In this document: one piece after another, positions 12,540 to 23,978 of the stretch | Layout: the number at the start of each line of letters is the position of its first letter | Position numbering within the stretch: the first letter of the stretch is position 1 | From: Dicyema japonicum | Lineage: Eukaryota; Animalia; Dicyemida | Assembly (NCBI GenBank): GCA_011109175.1 | Contig: RDEW01000010.1 | Span: forward strand, 479,837 to 543,836 | Length of the DNA stretch: 64,000 nucleotides | Reading direction: 5' to 3' | Translations under genes and position numbers: made by a program | The notes under the pieces: model-generated | What the model saw: only the letters and a program-made list of their open reading frames with translations | Told to the model about the DNA's origin: nothing | The model's database searches: none

Positions 12540-14800
12540 GATCCTTTGGGATTTTCTGAAAGAATAGTTTCATTGTTTGCCTTCAGTTCGACCGTCCGTC
12601 TTCCCAGTCTCTTGTCTGAAGTAAATAGGGTTGTGACGGACTTTTCACTGCTGGCAGCTAGGCGATTCTTCGATAGCCATTCGTCATGACGGTCCAGTTT
12701 TCTTGCAATCTCGAAGTGGCAATTTGGATGTCCTGATCGCGTGACGCAATGACGATGTCGTCGGCATAAGTTAGAAAAATATCATTTTCGGAGTCTGGAG
12801 TGGGGAGGTCCGCCATGAATAGGTTGAATAAAACTGAAGACAAATGGGATTCTTAGGGGACCTCATTAGAGAGAACCGTAAAATAGACCTTGAATGGCCA
12901 ATGCAGACGCGTCCCTCCGACCACTAAGGAAGTTAGCTAGCCAGAGTTTGAGCTTTCCAGAGATCTTTGGTAAATTTTCCAAGTAAGAATCCTCCTTGAC
13001 ACAGAGTCGAAAGCTTTGTGGACGTCTAGGGACCAAAGTGCAGTATTGATGTGTCCCGGCCTGTGCGAGAAACAATATCGTATAAAGTTAGTCAATTCAG
13101 ATAAGTGGGTCGAAGTAGACCTCTCCTTTTTATAACTATGTTGGAATGACAAGTCCGGGAAGAAATTTTGATTTTCGCAAGAACCAGCCTTTCCAGAATT
13201 TTCGACACGAACACAACAACGCGACCGGTCTGTATGAAGCTGGGTCCTTCTTCCGGGTTTCAAAATTGGACGTAGGTGGGCAAGCTTTCATAAGGCTGAA
13301 ATAGAATTTTTGTTAATGAGTGTTGAATATCCTCGTTAATGCAGCGATTTCATAGTCTCCCAGATTCTTTAGGAGGATCATTGGGATTTTATCCGGTCCG
13401 TTAGAATAGGTTGTTTTAATAGCTTTCACATTATCTCACATTGTTTGTCATAAAATAAATCGTTTCCGGTTCCTTTTTCGGTTTACTGAGATATTTCGAG
13501 GGACATCCGACTTCTTATGGTCTTTATGGGATATTTTCACATAGTATTTTATTAGGTTTAAGTCCTTTTGGCTGTGATCCACCTCGGACGATCTTTCATC
13601 CTCTTGAGGCGTCTCGGATGGTCTTCCAAATTTCAGTAATGAGTCTATTTTTATTCAACGAGGAAGAACACATGCTTCCATCTCGATATTTGGAGAACAA
13701 ATGCTTCCCTGTTTTTTAGTTCATTGTTCAAAGCCTTCAGTCTAAGCTTATCCTCAGTAGTTAATGCCAGATTTTGAGTTCGTTTCTTTCCTTGATTAAT
13801 GCCGACCTGCCATATCCCCTGGTGTAGTTAAGGTGGTGCTTACGGATAGTGATCTCGCATCCTAGATAGTGGGTTTACATAAGCGACTACTTTGTCCATG
13901 GAAGTAATGCCTTCCAGGAACTGCAGTAGGTTGTCAGTAAGTGTACGGTAAAGTCTCCAGTCTGTGCGTTTGTAGTTGAATTGTTCTGGGACCTCTTCCT
14001 AGTTGATGTTTTTCTTTTGATCTTCAAAAGGATCGCATTATGGTCACTTCTTGAGTTGTAAGTGACTGACCAAGTCGATATTGCCGCCAGGCGGGAGAAC
14101 AAAGCGTAATCTTTGGAGAAGTTAGTTGGTCTGACTCCTGAAGGGGGTTCCCGTATGTTTTGACGGGTCATTCATGACCGTGAAAGGACCTGTTAAGGAA
14201 AGTAGTACTTTCCCTCTTGTATCGGATGGTTGACTTGCCAGCAATAGAGGGTGTTTGGCGTTGATATCCCCACCAATGATCACGTCGTTCAAGGAAGAAA
14301 AAGTGGATAAATTGGGCATAACATAGTGCTTCGGGGAAAAACCATGTGGAGGCACATGACGTTCACGAAGTTAATTTTTCCATTTGTTGCTCTAAGTGAG
14401 ATTGGGTTGACTTCATTAACATCGTCATCTCCCAAGATATTATTCACCACTGACGTGATTACCACACATTAAGGTCTTTCCGATATAAAATGAGTACTCC
14501 ACCATTCCGCTTCTTCTTCCGATAAGTCTGTATTGACTTGTATCCAAGAAACAGCGTGGTAGGAATGTTTATAGGTAGTTTCGTCTCTTGAATTAAAGCC
14601 ACGTCGATCTTCAGCTCTGCCAGGAGAGAGCGCAGTTCCAATATTTTGCCCTTTACTCCATTGACACTTAGTTGAAGAACCGTGGTCCGTTTCTTGCGGT
14701 GGGCTAGGGGTTCCTTCTGGGTAGATGAGATGATGGTGCGTGCCGCCGGGGAGACAGTTTTACTTACAGAATCGGTGAACCACATAACGCCACGTAAAGT
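12540..14800 (-). mobile_element. Degenerate Ingi/I-group LINE (APE plus RT)
   Basis: VLQLSVNGVKGK..DVALIQETKL, IGGDINAKH, SDHNAI, SLDVHKAFDSV, LFNLFMADLP..TYADDI; begins with GTGGCGTTATGTGGTTCACC, which resembles the 5' half of the structured head. Confidence 0.85.
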
Positions 14801-14849
14801 GCACTATTAAGCTAAGAGTTTGAAAACTGGGTCAACTATAATTTAATTT

Positions 14850-15180
14850 TAATTTATTGAACCAGAAAAACACCGTCATAGCCAGAATGAAAAAAATTTC
14901 AGGGGATCCCGGTCTCCCTCAGGAGTCTTCGGATGCTCGTTCTTAAAAAAAGTGCCGTCCAGGAGGAACTCCTTTAGCTGGTTGTTAACTAATGGTGCTT
15001 TTTAGATATAATTTAGGATTATATCTGGCGCCACCAGAGATGGTGAACCACATGACACGCTAACAATTCAAGCTCCCTGGAGCCAAAAGGTAAGAAGAAA
15101 AACAGAAGAAACAAATAAATAATCTTCAATTCATGTAGCCACATAGAACCACACTAACGTTGGCGCCACATGTCATAGTT
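14850..15180 (-). mobile_element. Structured-head short element (copy I, tail type iii)
   Basis: Close relative of 62118-62430; P4 AGATATAAT/ATTATATCT; ends in a LINE ORF C-terminus plus TTCTGGCTATGACGGTG tail. Confidence 0.75.
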
Positions 15181-15249
15181 GCCAAAAATAAGACAATATA
15201 TGTCTCATCACTCCTTTACGTCGCACGTAGATTATGAATTCATGTACTG

Positions 15250-15670
15250 TAATAATAATTATTATTATAAGCAACAACAAATCATATTAGCTAAATTAAT
15301 TAAATTCCATTCGTGCCGTGTCGTATTCACCGTCCTTAGTTCTCTGTTTACTGGTCTCAAATCTTCATTAAGGTCTTCGGGAAGCGTTATACGCTGACGG
15401 CATCTGAACTTCTTCCCAGACGTTTGAATGAAGTCTTCCGTGATAATGTTTGCTGGCGTATCTCGCTCCACTCTTAGAATGTGACCAAACAGTTTTCTGC
15501 GCATCTTCATGATCAGGCTGCTCAGAGGTACATAGGAGCATCTTTTGTGAATTGATTCATTCCTTACACACATTGGCCACTTTAGTCCCAAGAGAGACCG
15601 AAGTTGATACCTATGAAAGGAGTCGAGCTTTTGTCCATCGGTTTTCAAGATTCCCATGTTCCAGAGTTAT
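15250..15670 (-). mobile_element. RTE 3' fragment
   Basis: LDSFHRYQLRSLLG..KLFGHILR..PANI..TLPEDL. Confidence 0.8.
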
Positions 15671-15739
15671 ACGTAGGGGTGACTTTTGACTTTGGGTAAC
15701 TTTGACATAAACATGTCATTCTCGCCCCATGGTTGTAAA

Positions 15740-16210
15740 CGTCACAACAAACGCGAATAGAACATGCGAATAGAAAACTAATTTTTTTAAATGTCTCACA
15801 GGCTTAATTTAATTTTTTTATTAAACCAGAAAAAATTATAATCTCACAGGCTTATGGAAGAACGGAAATCATCCTATTTTTAGTACTATATACAAACAAT
15901 GCATTGAACCTTGCATCTCTTACGCATGTGGTATCTGGGGCCCATTCATCATTTGGACAAATGACTTGAAGATCGAGGCTAGCCAAAAAGAGCCACCAAA
16001 TTACGGAACGCTGGATTTCTGGAAAGTTCCAGCCACAATGCCTCTTAAAGCCATAATACGAATGAACCATAGAACGAGCCGTCGTGACTGCGATGATCCA
16101 GTCACTTGTCCAAGGGAGAAGCATCGGGCCAAGATGAGATCTTTGCTAGAGCGTATTGGGATCACGTGATTAGTTAGTTTTTAACCGTGGTCTCTTGTGT
16201 TATTATTATA
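15740..16210 (+). mobile_element. LINE 3'-end unit with (TTA)n tail
   Basis: ORF end KMRSLLERIGIT*; same 3' UTR at 12095 (-) and 43215-43300 (+). Confidence 0.75.
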
Positions 16211-17870
16211 TAGTTATACGTAAGGATCGGTTTCATGAAAGCCTCATACAATCTGAGTCAGAGTGATGGGCAGACTGGACGCCTTTGGATCCATCCAACA
16301 AAAGCTTCTCGCGATTTCTTCAAAGTCCGAAGAAGCGAGCCAAGTTTTATGGCCTTCCTCCAATTTTCGGTAATGCGTGGTTCTACCGCTTGACGATATC
16401 CGTGTTCGAAGGGTTCATTAATAAAGACCATTTAGTCAGGCGGTCTTGCGTTACCTCCATGAGACGTCTTAGTGCACATTTGTTTCTTGAGACAAAGTCA
16501 ACATCTTCGGCGTAAACAAGTTCCATAATATCGTCGCTGCATACTTCCGAAGATCTTGCAGAGCAGATTCAAGGCATACAGCGAACAACACCGGAGAGAG
16601 AGTCTTCTTGGGTGTGCCAACTTTTTTCATGATTTTTCGTGACAAATTTTCCAATATGCACTCGCAACACTGTGTTTTGTTAGGAGTATCCGTATTAAGG
16701 TTACCAAGTCCTGATCCAGCTCTTCAATGAGTTTTCCTCGACGGAAAGTGTCAAACATCTGGTGAGATCAATTCTAAGAATAGTCCTCGAACTTTGGAAT
16801 CTTTCCTGAATAGCACAATCCCACCTATGGCACCATACTACATCAGCTGTTGATCTCCCAGTCCTGAACCCACTTCGGCTTTGAGCCAAGTAACCGTCAC
16901 TGATTCTTGGATCCGAAAAGGTACGATCAGGGCAAGGATCTTCCGCAGGGTGTTTATAAAAACGACAGGGCGCAAGTTTTCAATCAAATCGGAGGGGGGG
17001 GGGTTATTTCTTTCTGGGTTGGTATTAATACCCCTTTCCAAGCTCTGAAAAGTCCTTGTTAGCTATCATTTAATAATCTTGAGAGTTTCTCTGCAAGTTC
17101 TGATGGACCAAATTTTAACAATTCTGAGGATATATTGTCTGATCCTGAAGAGCGATAAAATTTGAGGTTTTATCGATCTGGAGACCTCCTCTGGTAAAAT
17201 GATACATTCGAGTTAGTGTCTTCTGGCGTGAAATCCGATTTCTCTTCTTTCACAAAGTTGTTCAAAGTGCGATGCGACGAACTCTCTCTGTTCGGCTGCA
17301 TTTCCTATTGTTTTTCCATTTCTGTCGTGCATAAGAAGTTTCCCTGATTGGTTCCTCCTCTGAATTATTCGCATAGCCAGAAATACTGCATCTTGTTTTT
17401 AAGGTGTTCGACCTCTTTAATCTTGTTTTCCAACCGGTTGGTGTGATGTTGCTTTTTAAGCCATCTTCCGCAGTTAACCTAGATTTTAGGTTGAATTTTT
17501 TCAGAGACAATTTTGTGATCACTGTCAACAGTGAGTCCTCCATAAGACCTCAAGTCTCGTAAGAGATGTTTGTCTTTTATTCGAAAAACAATGTAATCGA
17601 TTATAAATCTTTATTCCGGTATTCGAACGTCGGGAGCCTACACACGTAGTTTTATGGCGTGCGGAATGTTGGAATTGGGTGTTGCACCCACTTCCGTGTG
17701 ATCCAATAAAACTTTCGTATCCTTTTCGTACCCAACTTTCGTATTCCAATCGCCAGCAATAAAGATGAATGAGGAAGACATCAGGTAAGATACAATCTTG
17801 GAAAGTTCATAGTAGAAGCGTCCAATTAAACGCGGCAGCTATGGGGGTACACATTCACGATGGAGATTAT
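16210..17870 (-). mobile_element. Degenerate RTE LINE (EN plus RT)
   Basis: FQHSARHKTT, LRPVVFINTLRKILA, SGFRTGRSTADVVWCHRW, LSPVLFAVCLE. Confidence 0.8.
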
Positions 17871-18404
17871 CTGTCTAGATTTCCCTCTGAGTCCAATAAG
17901 GATAGGGTTTCCCGACCAATGACGTCACTTTCCCGATCATTTGTCTTCCAAAAGCGATGAATCCGGAAAGTAAATCCTTGTGAACAGTGAAACCCTGTCA
18001 TAGAATTTGCAGTCCGATGGAGTAGGATTACTCTAGTTTCCAGAACATTCGTCAAGTCCTCCTCTGACTTTTGTCTCTTGGACAAAGGTAGACAAACAGC
18101 AGACTGAACATCGATTCTCCTCAAGGTCCAGACATAGTTGGTGCCTCTTTGAACAGTTATTAAGGCTTCTGTCATTGAAGGTGAGGGTAGAAAACCAACA
18201 AGAATCATTCAAACACCTATCGACATGAGTGCAAGAGTGGAACGTCACCACCTCAACCAAAAACTGTAATAATTGCCAACTATTCTTAACCATTCTCACA
18301 TCTCGCTGGTATTTTGGATTTTAGATCAAAAACGTATGCCAATTTAATTAATCTACTTAGAACACGAAAGAGTGAGGCCAGAATCTCTATTTTTGTTCAT
18401 GCAA

Positions 18405-18475
18405 TTTCCTTCTTCATGTTACTGACTTTGAGATTCTGTCCACACCTTTGAGTATTTCTAGCATTTGATTTAGCT
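18405..18475 (+). pseudogene. Duplicated fragment of the SARM1 3' end
   Basis: TTTCCTTCTTCATGTTACTGACTTTGAGATTCTGTCCACACCTTTGAGTATTTCTAGCATTTGATTTAGCT aligns without gaps to 11457-11527, including the stop codon. Confidence 0.8.
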
Positions 18476-18480
18476 GCCTA

Positions 18481-21080
18481 TAACATTATTATAGCCACGT
18501 GATGCCAAGATCATGACAAAGCATGTGCAACACGAAAAGGTAACAATCTAATTAACATCGTCCATTTTTTTCGATCCGTTGCCATGTTCCGTAACATATC
18601 TAGATCATCCTCAGCTTTAAGGCACTTTCAAGTCCTCCTGAGATCTTCATCTAGGATTACCGGCAGTTTTGTCCTCGGCTGACCAAGGAAACGCGAAGCC
18701 TCTAAGACAAAATACTCCTCCATTGCTATGTTGGCAAGAGTCTCCATGTCGTAGCGGAGTATGTGTCCAAACAGCCTCCATCTTGAATCAGTAATATCAC
18801 ATGATATTGGCTCAGTTCCCGTTCTCTTGTATAAGATTTTGGACGGCATTTTGAAAAAGGTTCGGGAAGAAAGGAGTGCTCGGAAATGATTTCTGTGAAA
18901 AGAATTCAACCTTTCGAGTTCCTGCCTTGTACATGCCCATGTACCGGCATTATATAATAGGATTGGCCTCACTAAGGCATTGTATAGTCTCATTCGAGTT
19001 TTAGGGTCAAGCCCTTTGTGCAGAAGCTAGGTCTTCTTCATTTTGCTGATAGCGACGTTTGTTAATGTCTTCCTTCGTGTTATATCTTCGGTGTCACCGA
19101 GAAGGGATCCTAGTTTTTTATATGCGCCAGTGTTCCTCGGTCCTTTCCTCACTTCTTTTTAGCTCCGTGATTTCGGTTTTGTTTGTGTTTACTTTTAATG
19201 ACCATTCAGCCATTTTATCAGATATTTTCTCCAAAAGTGCAATTTACTTTTCTTTGTTATTCGAAATAAAGTCCACGTCATGCTATTATGCTTGTTCCTT
19301 CTCCGATATGAGGCTTCAAGTCTCGTAGAGCTGCTTCCAGATAAATAATGAACAAAATCGGGATAATGGATCTCCTTGAGGGGGTACCAACATTCTCCAT
19401 TTGTGGCTCCATATAACATCTGACGTTGATCTCCCTTTGCGGAAGCCACTTTGATAAGCCGACAGGTACGAGTCTAGGCGTCCCTCCATTCTTTGAAGCG
19501 TAGCATTGGCTAGTATCTTCCGTAATGTGTTGGTTAAGACCACCGGTCTTTGGTCCTTAACTTTCCCCACTTTTTTGTTTGGCTTCTGTACTGGTATCAA
19601 TAGTCCTTCTCCGAGTGGCTAAGCGGCTCCTTTAGTGTACGTTTCGTTTAGAATCCAGGCAATTGTATAGTTTTTGCGTTCCATATTTGAAAATTCACCA
19701 TTTAAGCCATCTGGGCCGGGACTCTCAGTATCTTTCAGTTTGAAAATTACTGTCATCACTTCTTCAAGTTATTTCTTCTATTTTTCCCTGATCCGTGTTA
19801 ATTATGAATTTTTGCTATTTTTTGATACGAATTGTGCTTCAAAATAGTCCGCTATAAGTTCTGCAACTTCTTGTTGGTTGGCAATATGTTTTCTTTCATC
19901 TCGTAAAGTCCTTGTAGCCGCTGTTTTCGTATTTTTGTCATCTGTATTAGACATTGTATCCATATAGTTTCAAAGCGGTTTTCTTCAGTGGGTGTATTAG
20001 TTACGTAGTCCTCTTTTAGATATATATCCGCAGCAATCATGATCTTCTATTTGACCAATGTCCACGCAATTTGCGGTGACAAATCTACTGATATTTCTTC
20101 CAATCCTCATCAGGTATTTTCTGAATTCTCTCCCTGGATAGTATTGTTCTTTAGATGGTCTATAAACGTATCCCTCGCCCGCAGTTCCGTGTGTCCATTG
20201 CACTTTCTTTTCATCCCTTGCAAACCCATAAGTTTCTTTAAGGACATTTTGGAAATAACCATCTTGTGATCGCTGTCAATTATAGACCCTCCATAAGCAC
20301 GGGCATCAGTGACAATAAGGCGGTCTTTTTGTCTGCAAATAATGTAGTCTATTTGATTGTAGATTGTCGCAAAGCTCCCGTCAGATTTCGTTCTATTGCC
20401 TGACCAAGTTGTCCTGTGTCTTGCAGAGTGCATAAAGGTCGTGTTACAAAGGAAAAGGTTATTTGCTTGACAAAAGTTGGCCAACAATGTTTTTTCAATG
20501 TTCCTTTTCCCCCTTCCATGTCTTTTAATGAATGATTCCTCTATAGTGATTCGATTTCCAACTTTTGCATTAAGATCACCGGCAATCAATATTAATGTTG
20601 AATTTGCATAATTGGAATAAACATCAGACAGATTCGCATAAAAGTCGTCAATCTCCTCGGGTTTCTTATTGATCCATCCACTATGTGGAACATATGCGTT
20701 AATAATAGTAAGATAACTCTTCGGAGAGTTATGATCGTCCAATGTTACTTGTAAAATCCCAATCCTTTCATTGATAGTCCAGTAACGGTATATGCGCTGG
20801 ACTAGGTCCTTTCTTACAGCGATCCTAATCCGTAATGTTTTGATCCCCAGAGAGAAAGATTGACTTAAACTTTCCGTGTTGTTCTTCAAACTCCTTCGAT
20901 ATTTTTGTCTCTCGGAGACATCTGATTGATATTTTATATTTTGAAAGGTCTTCACAAAGTTCTATTCTTTTCCATGCACTAGAGAGTCCTCTGACACTGA
21001 GCGTTAAAAGAGAGAAGTCCTTTAGATTGCAATTTTCGTGTTTTTCAGACATAACTTTCAAGAGGGACGTCACCACCTAA
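18481..21080 (-). mobile_element. Near full-length but disrupted RTE LINE
   Basis: EN (IINAYVPH, LIAGDLNAKVG, NQIDYI, DSDHKMV), RT (QSGFRKGRST, PQGDPLS), C-terminus RLYNALVRPILLYNAGTW..WRLFGHILR. Confidence 0.9.
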
Positions 21081-21094
21081 ACCTTTGTTACTTA

Positions 21095-21345
21095 AACACT
21101 TTTAAAAATTAAAAATTCATTTTTAAATGAAAAAAAATTATTACGAAACAAGACAATCAAAATAATCCAGCTGACAGGATGAAATGGCTGTTTATCCTGA
21201 CTAACTACCAGAGATTTCATTTGGAACAGCCATACGGTTTCCCGACGCTCATTTTTAACTTTCGAAATCATTAACCCAAGCGATCTTAGAAAAGAGACCG
21301 TCTTGGGACCGAAGGCTACACTCGTCTCGACAACAATCTTGTGGA
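21095..21345 (-). mobile_element. CRE-like element 3' fragment
   Basis: IVVETSVAFGPKTVSFLRSLG..RRETVWLFQ. Confidence 0.65.
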
Positions 21346-21399
21346 GAGGCTGTCGTATTTTTTTATCTTGAAATTCTCGAAAGTCCGAGCAGCTTCCCC

Positions 21400-22640
21400 A
21401 GTTTTCAACGCGAAACCAGCAAGTCTCGACTGGGAAAAGGTGTCGGTATATGCCCCAGTTTTCGATGATACAAAAAAAGCAATAATCCACGCCAGGAATC
21501 AGCAAATAAAATTGCAGCTCACTACAAAAAACGAATAAATCTCAATGAACACTTGGAACCGTTCGAAGAAATTCTCAGAGACCATAATCAAAACATCACT
21601 CACTACGAACCGTTTCAACCTTGGGCAAGCTCAAAAATGGCAGAGCCCCTGGACCGGACAACGTGATTGCAGAATTATTAAAATACGCGCCAGACAGGGT
21701 GGCTGAGTTAATCTGCACAGTCCTGAACAGGACGTTCAAATATCACAGTCCATTGAAGGAAAATACTCTCGCTTGTTGTGCTAGATCGTATTTCAGGCCC
21801 TGTAAACGAGTTGCTGAACCTAAGTCAAAGTGGATTCAGATCTGAAAGGTCAATGGCAGACGTTATATGGAGCCACTGATGGCTGTGTGCAATGTGCCAG
21901 AAACACAAAGAAGAAATCTCAATCCTTGACCTATCTCGTGCTTTCGACACTATCGATCGCAAAAAGCTAATGCACGTACTGGAGAGTATTCTAGACGAGA
22001 ATGCATTACGTATGATCAGATCTTTAGGGATACGCTGAAACTATACTAAAAGTGATCCCTCAAGGGTTGGAGGACTGGTCTCTGGTAGTAAACTCAGACA
22101 ACGGAAAGAACTGGCATATCTTGTTGCACGACGAGAAATAGGTAAAGTGGAGAACATTCAAGAAAGTTGGATCTCTCCTCGGGGACTCGGAGGACGTTAT
22201 TCACAAAAAATTATGACGGTTGCTTCTTTCAAAAAATTGTGAGCGATCTGGATGCGGCGAAAGTACATAGGCACTCGCCTTCGAATTCGATTGTACAACT
22301 CCTTTATCGAACCAATTCTACTTTACAACGCAGGGACCTGGGGCCTAACCACCAAAGAACTGGAGAACCTCAACTCTTTCCACAGAAAACAACTGACTTC
22401 TTTTGAGCATATACAGGCCAAAACGGATGACCAACGACGAGTTCTACAAGATCACTCAAACATCACAGATTTGGAATAAAGTGACCTGGGCGAAATGGCA
22501 GCTCTTTGGACATGTCCTAAGAGCTTCGGAAATGGCACCGGCCAATCAGGCCATGGAATCATACTTCTCATAACAACGTATCGAGGTCGACAAAGAACAA
22601 CGTTTCCGTCTACGCTCGACAAAGAACTCACGTGCATATG
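21400..22640 (+). mobile_element. Degenerate RTE LINE (RT to 3' end)
   Basis: KLKNGRAPGPDNVIAELLK, DLSRAFDTIDR, RLYNSFIEPILLYNAGTW. Confidence 0.85.
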
Positions 22641-22659
22641 GGTTTATGAAAAATAATTT

Positions 22660-22985
22660 TAGTAAGAAGTCTATTGGTTGAAGATTTCTTTTTGTTTTGT
22701 TTGTTCCTATTCTTCCCTCTCCTACTAGAGTGGCGTCATGTGATCCACCTGTCTCAAGTAGCGCCCAGTGCCAGGGTGGACGAAAAAGGATCATTTGGTC
22801 TCCCCCACTCCACTTAAGAGGTTTCCACAACTGCAAGGAATGAACGTCTTTTACCTTATTGCTAATTCCAGATGGATTTGTGTGACGTTGAAGGACTCTG
22901 TTTCTAACAGTGGAAACTGGATACACTTCTTTTTCGGCGTATCCGGGGTTAATAATAATAAAAATGTAAAATTTTGTATTTAATA
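22660..22985 (+). mobile_element. Structured-head short element (copy C, tail type i)
   Basis: GTGGCGTCATGTGATCCACCTGTCT..CGCCCAGTGCC..GAAAAAGGATCA; tail GTATCCGGGGTTAATAATAA. Confidence 0.75.
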
Positions 22986-23529
22986 ATAAAAAAAGATAGT
23001 GGTTGGTCGGAAGGTTAGGGTGATTCCAGCTTCTATTTGGAAATTGAAAGATCACGCAAGGAGGGTCCTGAATCAATGGAAGCTGGGGTCACTTAATTAG
23101 TTCTTCAACATCTTCCATGGTGATCTTGGGGTTTTCAAATAATAATAAGGTTGAGATGGTGACGTACCTTTAATGCACCAAATGTCTACTAATCTTCTTG
23201 ATAGATGAAAACCCTTGTCTTTCTACTTATCATAAGCATGGAAGAGGTGACGCAAACTCGAAGTTGAGACAAAGAAAGTGTACTATTCAGGTTTGAATCT
23301 CGTCCGGCAAAAAAATGAAAGAACTTTTTGATAAACTTTTGTGATCGTCTGACATTGACAAATCGCGTCTTGTGCTCGATCACACTCAGCGCTCGCAACA
23401 TGTTTGCTATAACTCCGTTCAGACAGAACACACACTATATTTAAGTGCAGAAAAGTTATCATAACTAATCGTAGAGGGAGAAACAAGGAATTATTATTAT
23501 TAAAAGTACTTTCATAGAACCAAAACGTT

Positions 23530-23880
23530 ATATTAACTAAGGTCCCGTTTGTGCCACACGTTTCAAAATCTGCTTCACTAGGCATCGCTCTCTGTTTTGC
23601 GCATCTGTACATAGATCTTCTAGGTCTGCAGATTTAAGTTTTCTTCCAATTCCATTAAGATCCTTGTTCAGAGCCACGGGTAGAGTGACTCTGGGTCTTT
23701 TTCTGAACGATGGTTTGTTCTCATTGTTAAAGTAGTTGTCCATTATTATATTTGCAGGAGCGTTTATGTCTATTCTAAGCACGTGCCCAAACAGTCTCCA
23801 TCTTGATTCAATAATGTCGATGCTTATTGGCCTCGATTGTGCCACAGAGTATAATTTCTTATTTAAAGAACCAAGGAATG
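23530..23880 (-). mobile_element. RTE 3' fragment
   Basis: SRWRLFGHVLRIDINAPANIIMDNYF..RVTLPVALNKDL. Confidence 0.8.
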
Positions 23881-23978
23881 CTCTTAAAAAACCTGCCCTT
23901 CCGACAAGGAGTAGGTAATGTTACCATTACTTAAGCCCACCTTAGGCAGAACTCACTTTATTTAAAAAAAGTAATAAC

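Noticed and set aside
15160-15172. TGGCGCC motifs as LTR-retrotransposon primer-binding sites
   Set aside because: No LTR pairs, TG..CA ends, protease or integrase; the motif belongs to the leader hairpin.
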